DNA of 64,000 nt from an uncultured Planctomycetaceae bacterium (GTDB lineage: Bacteria; Planctomycetota; Planctomycetia; Isosphaerales; Isosphaeraceae). Each line of letters opens with the position of its first letter. The stretch's first letter is position 1. A model generated the notes under the pieces. That model was not told the origin of the DNA, did not search any database, and saw nothing but the letters and a program-made list of their open reading frames with translations. Position numbers and translations under genes: made by a program. The stretch is taken from assembly GCA_963833985.1 (NCBI GenBank), contig CAWIAD010000001.1, positions 1,792,001 through 1,856,000 on the forward strand, read 5' to 3'. Below are positions 10,011 to 22,834 of the stretch, one piece after another.

Positions 10011-10772
10011 TCAGTCCTCCCGTGACAGCTCGACGGCCGCGGCGTCGCGGAAGAAATCCCGAACGTATGGATCGGCGGGGCTTTCCAGGAAATGGGCCGC
10101 CGGCCCTTGCTGGAGCAGCGCTCCGTCGTGCATGAGCGCCAGCCGGTCGCCCAGGCGGCAGGCCTCGCGGAGATCGTGGGTGACCAGGACCACCGTGGTG
10201 TGCAGTTGCCGCTGGAGCCTGCGAAACTCATCCTGTAGCTCGCGCCGGGTGATCGGGTCCAGGGCGCCGAAGGGCTCGTCCATCAGGATCAGGTCCGAGC
10301 TGGCCGCAAGGGCCCGCGCCACGCCCACGCGCTGCCTTTGCCCGCCACTGAGCTGACGGGGAAAGAGCGAGCCGAACCGCGCCGGGTCCAGACCCACCAG
10401 CTCCAGCCGCGAGACGGCGAGCGACTGCTGCTCCCGCTTCGGACGCCCCTGAACGCGCGCGGCCAGGGCGACGTTGTCCAGCACCGTGAGGTGCGGCATC
10501 AGCCCGCCCTCCTGGATCACGTAGCCGATCGAGCGCCGCAGGGCGATCGGGTTCCACTCCGTGGTGAGTCGATCGCGGATTCGAATCGCTCCCGAGGACG
10601 GATCGATCAGCCTGTTGAGCATCTTCAACAGGGTCGTCTTGCCCGAGCCGCTCGTACCCAGCAACGCCAGGATCTCTCCCTGGGCCACGCTCAGGCTCAC
10701 CCCGCGCACCGCCTGGTGGCCGCCGGCATACACCTTCGAGACCTGGTCCCAGACCACGGCGTACGCAGGCAC
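10011..10772 (-). CDS. Osmoprotectant ABC transporter ATP-binding subunit
   Basis: GTSGSGKT, LSGGQRQRVG, LMDEPFGALDP, VTHD. Confidence 0.95.
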   Translation of the reverse strand: MPAYAVVWDQVSKVYAGGHQAVRGVSLSVAQGEILALLGTSGSGKTTLLKMLNRLIDPSSGAIRIRDRLTTEWNPIALRRSIGYVIQEGGLMPHLTVLDNVALAARVQGRPKREQQSLAVSRLELVGLDPARFGSLFPRQLSGGQRQRVGVARALAASSDLILMDEPFGALDPITRRELQDEFRRLQRQLHTTVVLVTHDLREACRLGDRLALMHDGALLQQGPAAHFLESPADPYVRDFFRDAAAVELSRED

Positions 10773-10979
10773 GTGCAGTTTCCCCAGGGTGCGTTCCCGC
10801 CCAGGACGACCCCCGTCAGGCCAGTCTCGAAGGGCGAGAATCCATGCTGGCGAGTTGCCCCGCCAGGCACAAGCCGATTGTCGTCCGGGATCGGGTTCGG
10901 GATATAATTCCTGGGCCCATCGGCTGGTCCATGAATTCCCGCACCCTTCAAGGACTTCTCAAACGTGCCTGGTTCCCGA

Positions 10980-13368
10980 ATGGATCATCGAGTCGTTGCA
11001 GGGACGCTCGCACTCGTGCTGATGGCGGGCACATGCCCGAGGGCTCAGGAGCCAGCCGCCAGTGCCGAGCTGGAAGAGCATCTGGCGACGCTCAACAAGC
11101 AGGTGGAAGATACCTCGCTGGCAATCAGCCAGCGCGAGTCGCTGGTGCAAGAGATGGCCGGCACGCTCGATCGTGCGGCGCAGGCCGCCGACACCTCCCG
11201 GCAGCGCAGGGAACGCTGGAGCCAGGCCGTGGGCTTGCTGGACGGGTTCGAGAACCAGAACCCGGGCCATCCCCGGGCGCGTGAATTTGCGCTCCAGGCC
11301 GCGGTCTACCGCTGGGCCCAGGGGCAGACCTGGCGTGACGCCATCAGTCTGAACCCGGGCGACGGCCAGGCTGTGGACGAGGCGTCCCGGTCATTCGATG
11401 ACGCGATCGGCCGGCTCCATCGCATCGTGCTGGAGAATGCCGATAAGGCGCTGGTCGACAACGTCCGGTTTCGCCTGGCCCAGGCGCTGGCGGACCGGGC
11501 CGACCTGGAACCGGCCGGCGCCGACGCGCAGGTCGCGCGAGGCCGAAGCCCTGGCACTGCTGCAAGAGCCGCCGGCAGAAGCCGGCCTGCGCGGTTTCGC
11601 GGGTCTGCTCCAGGCCGATTTGCTGCGGCGCTCGGGGAAACTGTCCGAAGCGGCGGCCTCGCTTGACGCAGCAGCGCGCACCCAGCCTCCGCCTCCGGAG
11701 CCGGAGGTGCTCGGTGTGCGCGTGTCCCTGCTGATGGCCGAGAAGAAGTACCAGGAGGCCGAGGCCGCGATCGCGGCAGCACATCTTCCCCAGCCGGCCA
11801 GGGCGCTGAAACTGCTCGAGCTCAAGCTGGCCCAGCGTGCCGTCTTGCCCGCCGGTGCCGGGCGGTTCGCCGCGGAAGAAGAGATCTTCCGGCTGCTGAA
11901 AACGCTTGGACAGGGCAAGGGGAGCGAGGCGCGGCTGGGCATGCTGGCCGTCACCTCCGGCGCCTTCGAGCCCGCCCCCGGGCACGCCGCGGAAGCGTGG
12001 GCCCTGCTCGCCCAGGCGTATGAGCTGAAGGGCGATGCGGCTCGCGCGGCGGCCCTCAACCTGCGCGCCGCGACCCGGGCCGAGGAGCTTGGGCACTTCG
12101 AGCCGGCCGCGGGCTACCGGCTGCGGGCGGGCGGGCTGCTCTTCCAGGCGGGCAAGTTCGCCGACGCCGATGCGCTGCTGTCGCGCGTGTCCGACGATGC
12201 CCGTGCGGGGGCGCTCCGTGCCCGGGCCAGTATGCTGCGCGCCATGGCTCGCGGCCGGGCCCTGGCCGCCGGCAACCCTGGCGTCACGCCCGAGTCCTAC
12301 ACCCTGGCCCTGGAGCAGCAGATCCACGACTTTCCCAAAGATGCGACCACCGACGAGGCGCGCTGGCTGCTCGGTTCGCTCTGCTACGCCGCAGCCGAGA
12401 AAGACCGGGCGAAGGGGCTCTGGACGGCCATTGCACCCGGCTCCCCGCGCTGGGTGGATGCGCGCCTTGCCGTTGCCGAGCTGGACCGCGCGGCGGTCGA
12501 ATCGCAGCTCGTCAGCGGCGACAGGCACCGTATCGGCGAGGCTTACAACCGGGCCAGAACGTTCCTGACCGAAAGCGAGGCCGCGGCGCGCGGTGAACGC
12601 GCGCAGGCCGAGCTCTGGCTGGCCGAAACGCGCCTGGAACTGGTGCCCCTCGCGGGCAAGCCGCGGCAGGCATTGAACCTCCTCGAACGCCTCGGGCGGA
12701 TGGTCCTCACACCGCAAGAGCGCTACCGGTCTCGGCTCCTGCGGATGATCGCCCTGGTGCAGGTGGGCCCTCCGTACCTCGACGCCGAGCGCGAGGCCCA
12801 GACGCACGCGAGCTGGGCCGAACCCGCGGCGCGCGGTGCATTCCTCGACGCGGTCCGGCTCATCGACGCGTGCGCCAGCTATTCGGCCATCGATCTGCAC
12901 CAGCGCAGGCTGGGTCTCATCCAGCGGCTGCTGGTCCAGCCCGTGGCGCAGGTGGACGACGAGGACCGCTGGACCGCCCAGGAGCGGGCCGAGCTCAAGC
13001 TCCGTCTCGCCCGAGCCTACCTCTTCCTGGGCGACGAGCGCAACGCGCGGGAGGCGCTGCGGAACTGGACCGGAGTGGGGAGCTCGGCCTCCGACGACCT
13101 GCTCCGCGACCTGGCCGACACGTACAACCGCCTGGAAGCCTATGAACTGGCCATCGACGTGGAACGGCTTCGCTCCAGGAACCTGCACACCGGCTCCGTG
13201 GCCTGGTTCGAGGCGCGCTACGGGCTGGCCCTGGCGTACTTCCACGCCGAGCGCCTCAAGGACGCGGCCCAGCTCATCGACGCCACCGCCATCCTGCACC
13301 CGGACCTGGGCGGAGGCGAGCTCCAGAAGAAGTTCGTCAAGCTGCGGCAGCGGCTGGGGACGCGGTGA
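10980..13368 (+). CDS. Large secreted helical-repeat (TPR-like) hypothetical protein (frameshift near 11530)
   Basis: Signal peptide, Ala/Leu-rich helical repeats; ORFs 10965..11666 and 11398..13368 join. Confidence 0.7.
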
Positions 13369-13395
13369 CCGCGCTGGATTGAAGAACCGTGCCGC

Positions 13396-14334
13396 TCAGC
13401 GTGCAAAGACAACTTGCAGCACGCGGCCAATCTCGTCGATCGCCGCCTTGCCCTGGTCAAAGAAGGGGAAGCGGCGGATGAAGCCGTGTATCATTCCGTG
13501 GTACCGCCTGAGCGTGACGGGCACGCCAGCCGCCTCGAGCCGGCGCGCGTAGGCCTCGCCCTCGTCGCGCAGGACGTCGTACTCGGCCGTGATCACCAGG
13601 GCAGGGGGAAGCCCGCGGAAGTCGGCCGCCCGGAGCGGCGACGCCTGCGGATTGAGCCGCTGCCGGGGGTCGGCAACATAGTGGTCCCAGTACCAGGCCA
13701 TCTCGGCACGGGTCAGGAAGTAACCCTCGGCGAACTGGCGATACGACGGAGTGTCCAGGTCGCAATCGGTGATGGGGTAGAGCAGCACCTGGAAGTTCAC
13801 GCGCGGTCCGTCGCGCTCCTGGGCCATCAGGCAGGCGACGGCGGCAAGATTCCCCCCGGCGCTATCGCCGCCGACCGCGATCCGCGCCGGATCACCGCCG
13901 AAGCCGGCCGCATTGGCCGCAACCCAGCTCGTGGCGGCGTAAGCGTCCTCGGCCGCGGCCGGAAACGGGTGCTCCGGCGCCAGGCGATAATCGACGTCGA
14001 CAACGATCGCACCGCTGGCACTGGCCAGCGCCCGGCAGACGCCCTCGTGCGAGGCGATGTTCCCCAGCACCCAGCCCCCGCCATGGAAGTACACCAGCAC
14101 GGGACGCGCACCGGCCGGAGAGCCGTGCGGCGTGATGATGCGCACGCGGAAATCGCCGCCGGTTCCCGGCACCCGCAGATCCTGAACCCGTGCGACTCCC
14201 GGCAGCTCTCCGAGGAATGCCGTCGACATGTCCATCTGGGCGCGCAGCTGCTCGACTGACTGCGTGTGGAACGGCGGCAGCTTCGCTGCTTCCAGCCTGT
14301 TGAGGAAGTCCTGAGCCTGGGGATCCAGCGGCAT
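13396..14334 (-). CDS. Alpha/beta hydrolase, HSL-family esterase/lipase
   Basis: YFHGGGW, DYRLAPEHPFP, GDSAGG, DVLRDEG, MIHGF. Confidence 0.95.
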   Translation of the reverse strand: MPLDPQAQDFLNRLEAAKLPPFHTQSVEQLRAQMDMSTAFLGELPGVARVQDLRVPGTGGDFRVRIITPHGSPAGARPVLVYFHGGGWVLGNIASHEGVCRALASASGAIVVDVDYRLAPEHPFPAAAEDAYAATSWVAANAAGFGGDPARIAVGGDSAGGNLAAVACLMAQERDGPRVNFQVLLYPITDCDLDTPSYRQFAEGYFLTRAEMAWYWDHYVADPRQRLNPQASPLRAADFRGLPPALVITAEYDVLRDEGEAYARRLEAAGVPVTLRRYHGMIHGFIRRFPFFDQGKAAIDEIGRVLQVVFAR

Positions 14335-14389
14335 GAGCGAGTCTCTCCGTGATGGGCCCGCGAGCAAGCTGCCGGCCCGGCTTGTGTCC

Positions 14390-16598
14390 TTACGGGGCGG
14401 CCTGGAGCACCAGCGCGTTCCTGTCATTCCCGTACGCCCGGAGGCACGACGCATAGGCGGCCTCGAGCTCGGATCGAGACACGTACGAACCGACGGCGCT
14501 GGTGGGGTTCTCGATGCGGAGCGGCAAGGGGGCCATGCGCACCGCCAGGTCGGGAAGGTCGTAATAAGCCAGGACGCCCGGGACGGCCTGATCGAGCTGG
14601 TTGCGGCTGATGCCACGCTCCACGACGTCGACGAAGGATATGAGCGAATGGCTGATCGTGACCTGCTTGATGAGCCCGTTTGCATCGAGGGCGGCAGCGT
14701 GCAGCACGGCCGGGCCCGCCGGGCCTGTTCCGGCGAGCTCGAAACCTGACGCCGAGGCAAGCTCCGGCTGTGCTCGCAAACTGTGGAGCAGGCAAAGCAG
14801 ATCGTAGACCCGCTGGCCCAGCAGGGGCCGGCCAATGTGCAGTGAGAGGAAGGCATCCCTGGGGTTGCCGCCGAGGGGGTTTGCCTGCGGCCTGGCCGCG
14901 ATCCTGGACGCCTCCGCACCCAGCCCGCGCAGCTCGGCCACCACCACGCGCCGGCCATTGCGCAAGCTGGCTGGCAGTGCCACCCGTGGACAGCTCGACG
15001 GCAAGGTCACACCCCACCTTGACGATGGCGGGCGCCCTGCTTTCGTGCGCATCCGGCAAGAGCAAGACGCCCGCGACAACCGCCCCTGGCTCCGGCTCGA
15101 GCTCGAAGTGGCGGATGCGATAACCGGGCCCGGCCTGCTCGCCCACGGTACGCAAGGGCCGCGCGCTGGCTCTCGCGACGGCCAGCCCAGCAGTTGTTTG
15201 ATCCGTGCGCGAAAGGCGGCCGGATCCTTGCCGGAGAGGAACGCGGCGCACTGCGGAGCCAGCTCCCGGGCGCGGCGGGCGTTCAGGTCGAACACCGAGA
15301 CGCCCGGCTCGTCAGCCAGCACCTGGCCGGTCCGGGTGCACTGGAGACTCCGAATCGGGGGCGATCGGCAGGTCGGGCTCGGTGATGGCGTCATCCTTTC
15401 CGAGCAGCCAGCGCCTCAGCCAGCGCACCGCGGCGACCCGGCGCGGCGCGGTGAACCCGTGCGGCTCGTCCGATTCGAACAGGTCAACCCGCTCGCCGAA
15501 GCCGAGCCGGCCGTACAGCAGCTTGACCTCGCGAAAGGTGTCCCAGCTTCCCTGGATGTCGAAGAAATCACGCGTGCCCACGCACAGCAGGGTCGGCCTC
15601 GGCGCGCGCATGGCGATGTAGTCGGCATGGTCCATTCCCGCGGCCACCTGTCCGGTGATGTTCTGCTCGGCGTCCTGCGGGCCGATGGTCGCGAACAGCC
15701 GCTCCAGCGAGGTGATGTAGCACGACGGCGCCGCCACGCGGATGCGGTCATCCAGCGCCATCAGGTAGGCGGTCATCGTGCCCCCGCCCGAGTTGCCCGT
15801 GCAGCCCAGCCGATCCGGGTCGATCTCGGGCCGGCTCGCCAGGTAATCGAGCGCGCGCATGCCGTCCCAGATCCGGTAACTGGCCGCCTGGCGGCCCACC
15901 AGGAGCGCCCCGATGCCCGCCAGGGTGTGCTCGCTGGTTGATCCCTCCCGGATCGCCGGCTTCCCTTCCGCATCCAGCTTCTGAATGCGTTCGCCCTGGC
16001 CGATGGGATCGTAGCAGAAGGCCGCCATGCCGTTCCGGGCCAGCAAGATGCAGATGCGCTGATAGGTGGCATCTGCCTTGCCGTTGGCGGAATGGCCGCA
16101 GGGCACCAGCACGCCCGGGAATGGCGGCATGCCCGCCGGCAGGTAGAGCAAGGACGGCACGCGATGACCGGGCCGGCTCTCGAAGCTGACCCGCTCCACG
16201 ATGTGGTCGGCAGACCGGCGCACGCCGATGGTCCGTGCGTTCAACGGCGTGCGCTCGGGAAGGTCGCCCAGGGATCGCAGGAAGAACGCCCTCAGCCGCT
16301 CTTGCCTGCGCACGATCTGCTCGGGCGAGGTGGCCGCGGCCACCTCCTTGCGGCGCAGGGCGAATTGCTCGGCGGCCTGCTTCTTGAGAAACTCCGCGAG
16401 CCGGTCCGGCGCGGCTGCCGCGGGTTGGCCCTGCTCGGCCGGAACCTGCCGCGGCCGGTCAGACCGGGCCTGCGGAGCGTCGGCCCCAGGAACGGGCGGT
16501 GCCAGCAGCCAGAGCCCGGCGCCAAGGAGGCTCATCAGCACCAATGGATGCTTCCGGCTGCCTCCGCGCCGCGCTCTCAGGTCCTGTGCGGTTTCCAA
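14390..16598 (-). CDS. Secreted acetylxylan esterase-like double alpha/beta hydrolase (frameshifts near 15350 and 15150)
   Basis: CGHSANGK, DPIGQGER, GNSGGG nucleophile elbow; TTG start after GGAGGAG. Confidence 0.8.
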
Positions 16599-16666
16599 TA
16601 CGACTCCTCCCCGGGCAAGGCCAAGATCCACAGGGTATCCCGCGGATGGCTTTGCCGGTAGAGCAA

Positions 16667-19600
16667 TCAGCGACCCCCCGGGCGACTCCTCATCGATGAA
16701 ACCTGAACATAATTGGTACGCATTGCCAGTGCGCTGAATGCCGGTCCCCGCGGATGCGGGCTGGCGGACTGAAGCCGCCGGGTCGCGCCGTGTCCGGGTC
16801 GGTCGGCGATCTTTGAGCTCGTCTTGCCGGATCCCACGAGGACGGGACGCTTGAACCGAGACAGCCGGCCCGGCGCGGCTGCGGGCGGGTCGCCTCCGGT
16901 GCCGGGGCTGGTGGACGTGGAAAAGATCGGGCTGCCCCGCGCGGGATGGCGGGCACCCAGATACCGCTGTGGATCGGCGCCACGGGCGGACCGCCGTTGC
17001 CGCCATTGCCGGCGTTCGCGGTACCGACAATGGTCTGCGGGGCGAAGACCTTGTTGTGCACCCCTTGCAGCTCGGCCACGAAGTCCCCGCCGTTGATCCC
17101 ATTGCCGGATGGGAATGCGCCGTAAAACTCGCCGTCCAGGTGGTTGCCGGCCAGGTCCTGCACCGAGGCGTTGCCGCTGCTCGAATCGCGGATCGTGAAC
17201 AGGTAATACCCGCCGCGCAGCATCGCCCCGCTGTTGAACGTCACGGCCACGTCGTAGGCGTTGGGAATGGTGGGATCGGGGGTGTCGGTGATCGTGGTCG
17301 CGACCCATTTGCCCGGATAGGCCTTGTTGGCGTGCACCTTGGTCAACTGGTAATTGGCCGAATCGAGGATGCCGGGCAGCCAGACGCCCGAGGGAGTGGC
17401 ACCAGGGTCCTTGATGATGTAATCCACCTGCCCGTTCAGCCGGTTGAAGAACATCCCGGCGATGACGGGCCCATGCGTGTCCACCAGGAGGTTCGCCGTA
17501 ATCACGGCCGGAGCCGCGGTGTGGGTCACTCCGAACTGGTCGACCGCGGTGGCGGTGATCTGGTAACGGCCGTCCGCAAGTACCACGCCGGATGTGATCT
17601 TCCAGGCGCCGTCGCCTCCGGCCTGCACCTGGCCGATGACCATTGGGCTGCCGCCGGGCAGGGACGTGGCGAACAGGGTCACGTGCGAGAGTGGCTCGGA
17701 GGTGCCAGAGAAGTCGGGCTGGGTGACGTCCGTCGTGTCCAGCGTGCCGGTGGCCAGGCCGCTGTCGGCACTGGGATCGAGGGTCCCGCCCAGCGCGATC
17801 GGGTTGTCGGCGACGGTCGCCGTGTTGGTCAGGGTCAGCTTCGCTCCTTCGGTGTCCACGACGAAGACCTCGATGGCGTACGAGCCCGCGCCGCCGTTCA
17901 CGCCGGAATCGGCATAGGTGTGCGAGCCGCTCACGAGGAACGCGGTGCCGACGCCGCCCGGCTGGGTGATCGTGCCGGCCGAGAGCGGCGTGCCGTCACC
18001 CCAGTAGATCGACGCGACGAAGTCGCTCTGAGGGGCCGTGGGGTTGCTGTTGGCAAAGGACGCCACGGTCCCGTGGAACAGAGGGGGTGCGTACACGGGA
18101 ACGGGAAACAGAGCGGCCTCGACGGTGCTCACCACCGGCTGCACCGGCGCGGCTGCCAGCGCTGCGTCCGCGATGAAGGCCGTGCCGGAGAACACCGTCT
18201 CGGCTCCGCCCGCATCCCTCGCGATGACCGTGTAAGCGTACTTTCCTGCCTCGGCATACGTGTGCGCCGCACGCACGCTGAACACCACCCCGGCGGGCGA
18301 GCCGCTCGCGGACAGGTTTGCGGCCGTGAGGGCCTCTGGAGGCGTTCCGTCACCCCAGTTCACGGCAATCGAAGCAGGGGAGGTGGTGAAGTCGGCGAGG
18401 GTGGCGCCCGGGTTGGCATCGGTGAAGGTGCCCAGCAGGACGGCTCCCGTGGAGCTGCCCTCGATGCCGGTGATCGCCGTTCCGTTGGAGCTGGAAAGCG
18501 GGGCGTCGAGCACGGTGGCCAGTGCCGCGCCGGGTGAGCCGGCCGCCGGGGTGGTCGTCGTCGCGCCGGGGTTGTCGACGATCTGCACCGGTACACCGCC
18601 AGCGGGCGTGAAGCTGCGCGTGCTCCCCAGGTCGGTGATGACCACGCTGATCGGGTAGGGCGGGTTCGCCGCGGTCTCCTCGGCGTAGGTGTGGCTGCCG
18701 AAGACCTGGAAGATCACCTGGCCACTCGCGTCGGGCCCCGTCTGTACGATCGTGCCGGCCGAAGGGGCGGTGCCGTCTCCCCAGTCGATGGTGGCGACGA
18801 AATTCGAGGCACTTCCCAGCACCGGGGGCGGTACGCCGTCACTGAACTGGAATGTGCCCACCAGAGCGCTGGAGAATGGCAATCCCTCCACTGCGCTGGT
18901 GATCGCCGCACCCGTGCTGGTCAAGCTGTCCAGGGCATGAATCACGCTCACCTGCTGGATGCCGGTGTAGCCAACCGGTACCGGAGTGGCGACGGGAATG
19001 TTCACCTGCGCCGCGGTGATCATGGAAGACTGCACGACCTGGTTCTTCGCGTCGACCACAAGCGTGTTGCTGCCGGCCTGGCCATCGACGCTGATCGCGG
19101 TCAGGCCGGTCGGAGTCGTGCTGTTGTTGATGGCGAAGGTGTCGTCGCCGTTGCCTCCCTGGAGCGTGAGCGTGGTCTTGTGTGAGAACTCGAGCGACTC
19201 GAAGTTATCCACCGTCACCATGCCCGTGCTGTCGCCGTTGTAAGGGGCCGACGAATTGCCGCTGTTGGGGCCGGCCTCGTAGTTGATGGTGTTGTTCGAG
19301 GCACTGCCGACAACGGTGAGTGGCGCGGGGACGTTGTCGTAGACGGGAGCGAGGTTCTGGAAGTTGATTGTCTGGGTGCCACCCGGCCCGGTGATGACGT
19401 CGCTTCCCTGCCCGGGGTTGGCGAAGACCGAGTACGTGTCGCTGGTTTCGGCCGTCCCTCCCGTCTGGAGAAGCTGAAGGCTGTTGCTGCCGGTCCCGCC
19501 GTCATACTGGATGCCGCCCGAGAGGCCAAGCAGGCTCTGGCTGTCATCCACCGTCATCAGATCGTTGCCAGCGCCGCTGTTGAAGGTGAACTGGTTGATG

Positions 19601-22274
19601 TTGCTGAACGAATAGGCCGGCGAGCCGTCGAAGGTCATGCTCGCCGAGGCCGAGCCGGTCGGCGTGAGCGCCAGGGTATCGTTTCCACTCGTCCCCAGGA
19701 CGATCATCTGGTCGCCCGGTGCGCCCGGAGATCCCCCCCGCTGAAGCTGATGGGCGTGTTCACCACGCCGTTGCCCTCGTTGATGGTCACCGCGTTGTTG
19801 TTGATATCGCCGACGATCGCAATCGGCGCCGACGAGTTGTTGGCGTAGGTCGCCACGACGGTGCTTGTCCCCGTCACCAGCACCTGCACGTTGGCGGAAT
19901 TGAGCGGGTCCACCTGGATGGTCACGTTCTCATCGGTGCTGCCGAGCGCCACCACGGCCGCCGGTGACGAGGGGATGCCGCTGGCCGTGACGATCACCGA
20001 ACTGTAGTCGGAGATCGTCTTGCCGGTGGGAAGCGCGAACTGGACGCTCTGCGGAGTGCTCCCGCCGGCCACGCCGGTGCTGCTCCAGTTCGAGGTCCGC
20101 GCGTAGGTGACTTTCCCGCTCGAATCGGTGAGCTGGACGATCGGGTAGTTGGTCGCCATGGTGGCCTCGTCGCCGAACGAGCCGCCTTCGGAAATGCCCG
20201 TGAGCTGCGTGCCGGTCATCGTGTAGTTGCTGCCGCCGTTGCTGGCAATGCCCGTGATGACGGGCCGCCAGGCTGCCTGGGGCGAACCGGACGGCGTGTA
20301 GATCTGGATGCCGCCGGGGCCGGCCTGGTTGTCCAGCAGCGCCTGGCCGCTGGGCAAGGCAATCATGAACAGGTAATCGCTGTTGTCGCTGATGCCGCCG
20401 GAGGGAGTCACGTTCGTGTAAGTCCCCGTGGTCGGGTCGAACTCGTAGACGTAGCTGGGTTGCGGGAACGTGTAGCCGCCCCCGGCGCCCAGGCCGCCCA
20501 GCGGCGAGAGATCCAGCAGGATGTCGCCGTTGGCCATCATGCAGCCGGGAGCGTCGTCCATGCTGAGCCGCGACGACGACCAGGTGCCTCCGCTCGTGTA
20601 GGTGCCGTTGCCTTGCGGGCCCACGAGCTGGAACGAGCCGGACTGGAGGTTGGTGATCGTCCAGCTGCCGTTGGCCGCCGTGTTTCCCCCCACGCCGGAG
20701 ATGCTCACGAGCTGGCCGTTGCTCAGCCCCGTGGTGCTCGACGTGTTCACGGTGATGCCCGCGAACCAGGTGCCTCCGCCGGTGTAGGCTCCATTGCCCG
20801 TGGAGCCCTTCAATTGAAACGACGTGGAGTTCAGGTTCTGGATCGTGAAATTGCCGTTGGCCGCGGCATTTCCCGTGACCCCGGTGACGGTCACCAGGTC
20901 GCCGTTGCTCAGGCCGGCGGTGCTCGGAGCCGTGATCGTGATGGGCGACGTGTTGCTGGCCCCGGTGATCGTGCCGCTCACGTTGCTGGCCCCGGTGATC
21001 GTGCCGCTCACCGGCAGCGTGGGCTGGTCCGGGCCGGCCGTCCAGAGGTCGGTCGAGGGGTTGTAGATGGCCGTGTGGCCGTTGCCGCCAAAGAAGATGG
21101 CGTTGCCGTTGGGGAGCAGGAAGGCCGGCCCCAGTTCGTCACCCTGGCCGTCTCCGGGCGAAGGCAAGGCTGCGCTGGGTGGGGGCGGGCCGTCGCTCAG
21201 CAACGACGGCGGATTGGTCGGGCTGAGGTTGCTGGCGTTCACCCATTTGTCCTGGGACGGGATGTACCGCTGGGCCTGGAACACGCCGTTGCTGATGCTC
21301 GAATAGATGTCGTAGGAGAGAATGCTGCCGTCGGGCAGCTTCAGCCAGGTTTCCTCATCACTCCGGTCGCCGTTCACCTTGCTGCCGGCGGTCGGCGTCC
21401 AGGTGTTCGTGGCCGGAGAATAAATGTAGGTGCTCGGACTGTTGAAGTAGCCGGCCAGGATGTTGCCGCCGGGGAGGGTCTCGATCGGATCGTCGCCGAA
21501 CTGAGAGACGCCGAATGACCCTCCGCTCGTGTAGCTGCCGTTGCCCGTGGACCCGACAAGCTGGAAGGTCGTGGCGGTCAGGCTGGCGATGGTCCAGGTG
21601 CCATTGGCCGCGGTGTTCCCACCCACGCCGGAGATGGTCACCTGCTCGCCACTCAGCAGCCCGGCGGTGTTCACCGCGGTGATGGTGATCGGTGCGGTGT
21701 TGCTGGCCCCGGTGAGCTTGTTCGACGTGAAGCGGATGCTCGTGGGAGGCGTCGGGATGTTCGCCGTCCGGGCCCAACTTCCCGGCCCGCCCGTGGTCGA
21801 GGGCGTGAAGATCTCCGACGTGCCGGTGAACGGGTCGGGAGACGTGTATTCGCCGCCGATCGTGAACAGGTTGCCCGACGGCAAGACCGCGGAGGTGTTG
21901 AAGAGCCGCTGCTCCGCCGGCGTGAGCCAGGTCCCGGAATTCGCGAGCGCGGACCAGGTTCCGTTGACGTAGTTCCCCGTTGCAATGGACGTCCCCTGAA
22001 AGGTGTTGCCGGTGGCACCAGGGGTCAGGTCGTACCAGGTGTTCGACGAGGCGTTCTGCCCCGACTGCACCATCACCGAGCCATCGGATAGAATCGCCAG
22101 CGCCTGCATGTACGTGGGCCCGGACCCCGGGTTGGTGGCGGCAAGAGCCTGCCAGGTGCCGGGCGTGGTCAACACCAGGCGGTCCTCCAGGATCTCCAGC
22201 CGGAACCGGCGGCCTCGCCTGGGCTGGACATGAACCTTGCTGCGCGTGGATCGGATTGCCGGGCGGAAGCTCAT
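16667..22274 (-). CDS. Very large secreted/surface protein: planctomycete extracellular leader, kelch-like propeller, PKD/Ig-like repeats (frameshifts near 19730 and 16940)
   Basis: RRFRLEILEDRLVL leader; kelch-like IYSPATNTW and IYNPSTDLW; three I(D/N/Y)WGDGT Ig/PKD repeats; Big-like domain PDFSGTSEP; QDLAGNHLDGE. Confidence 0.8.
20952..21011. repeat. Exact 30-bp in-frame tandem duplication (VSGTITGASN x2)
   Basis: GTTGCTGGCCCCGGTGATCGTGCCGCTCAC twice. Confidence 0.9.
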
Positions 22275-22834
22275 GACGTGTGTCCTTTCCTTAGGTGCAA
22301 GAACGATGCGCGCTCGCTGAGCGCACAGAGCCAGCGTGCTCAATGGAAGCGGCGAGACGACCCCGCCAGTCCGGGAGCAGCCGATGTGGGCACTTCACTG
22401 CCAGCCGGCCGGCCGAGATTTCAGGAGCATCTGCAAGAGCGTGTGTCGCCGGCCAGGTCGAGCCTTAACAACAATTCAAGAAAGCTCGTGCGAACCCGTC
22501 ATCGATTGCCGTCAAAACCCGATCCCCAGGCTGGCCCCTTCCGCTACAACCGTGAAATGCCAACCCCAGCTCGAGTAAACCCAGGAAGACTCGATCCAGA
22601 CCGGACGACCCTGCCGAAAGGTGATCTTAAAGTGGATGATTTAGGGTAAATAAGAATTCTGGGAAAAGCAAAGTCTTTTTCATGGAGATTCTTTGCCCGG
22701 CCTGGGAGGCTCCGACGGCTGCCGGCCGAGAACTGGCTCGCCTTTGCGGGCATCGCGCCGGAAAGTTGTATTCGAGCGCTGGGTCTGCTGCACTAGAGGT
22801 GCAGTAACAGACTGGGAACCGGGAGGACGTTTCG

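Noticed and set aside
10773..10979. Riboswitch upstream of the osmoprotectant ABC genes
   Set aside because: Only a single hairpin (about 10846-10866) is visible and no aptamer consensus was recognised; an Rfam scan would settle it
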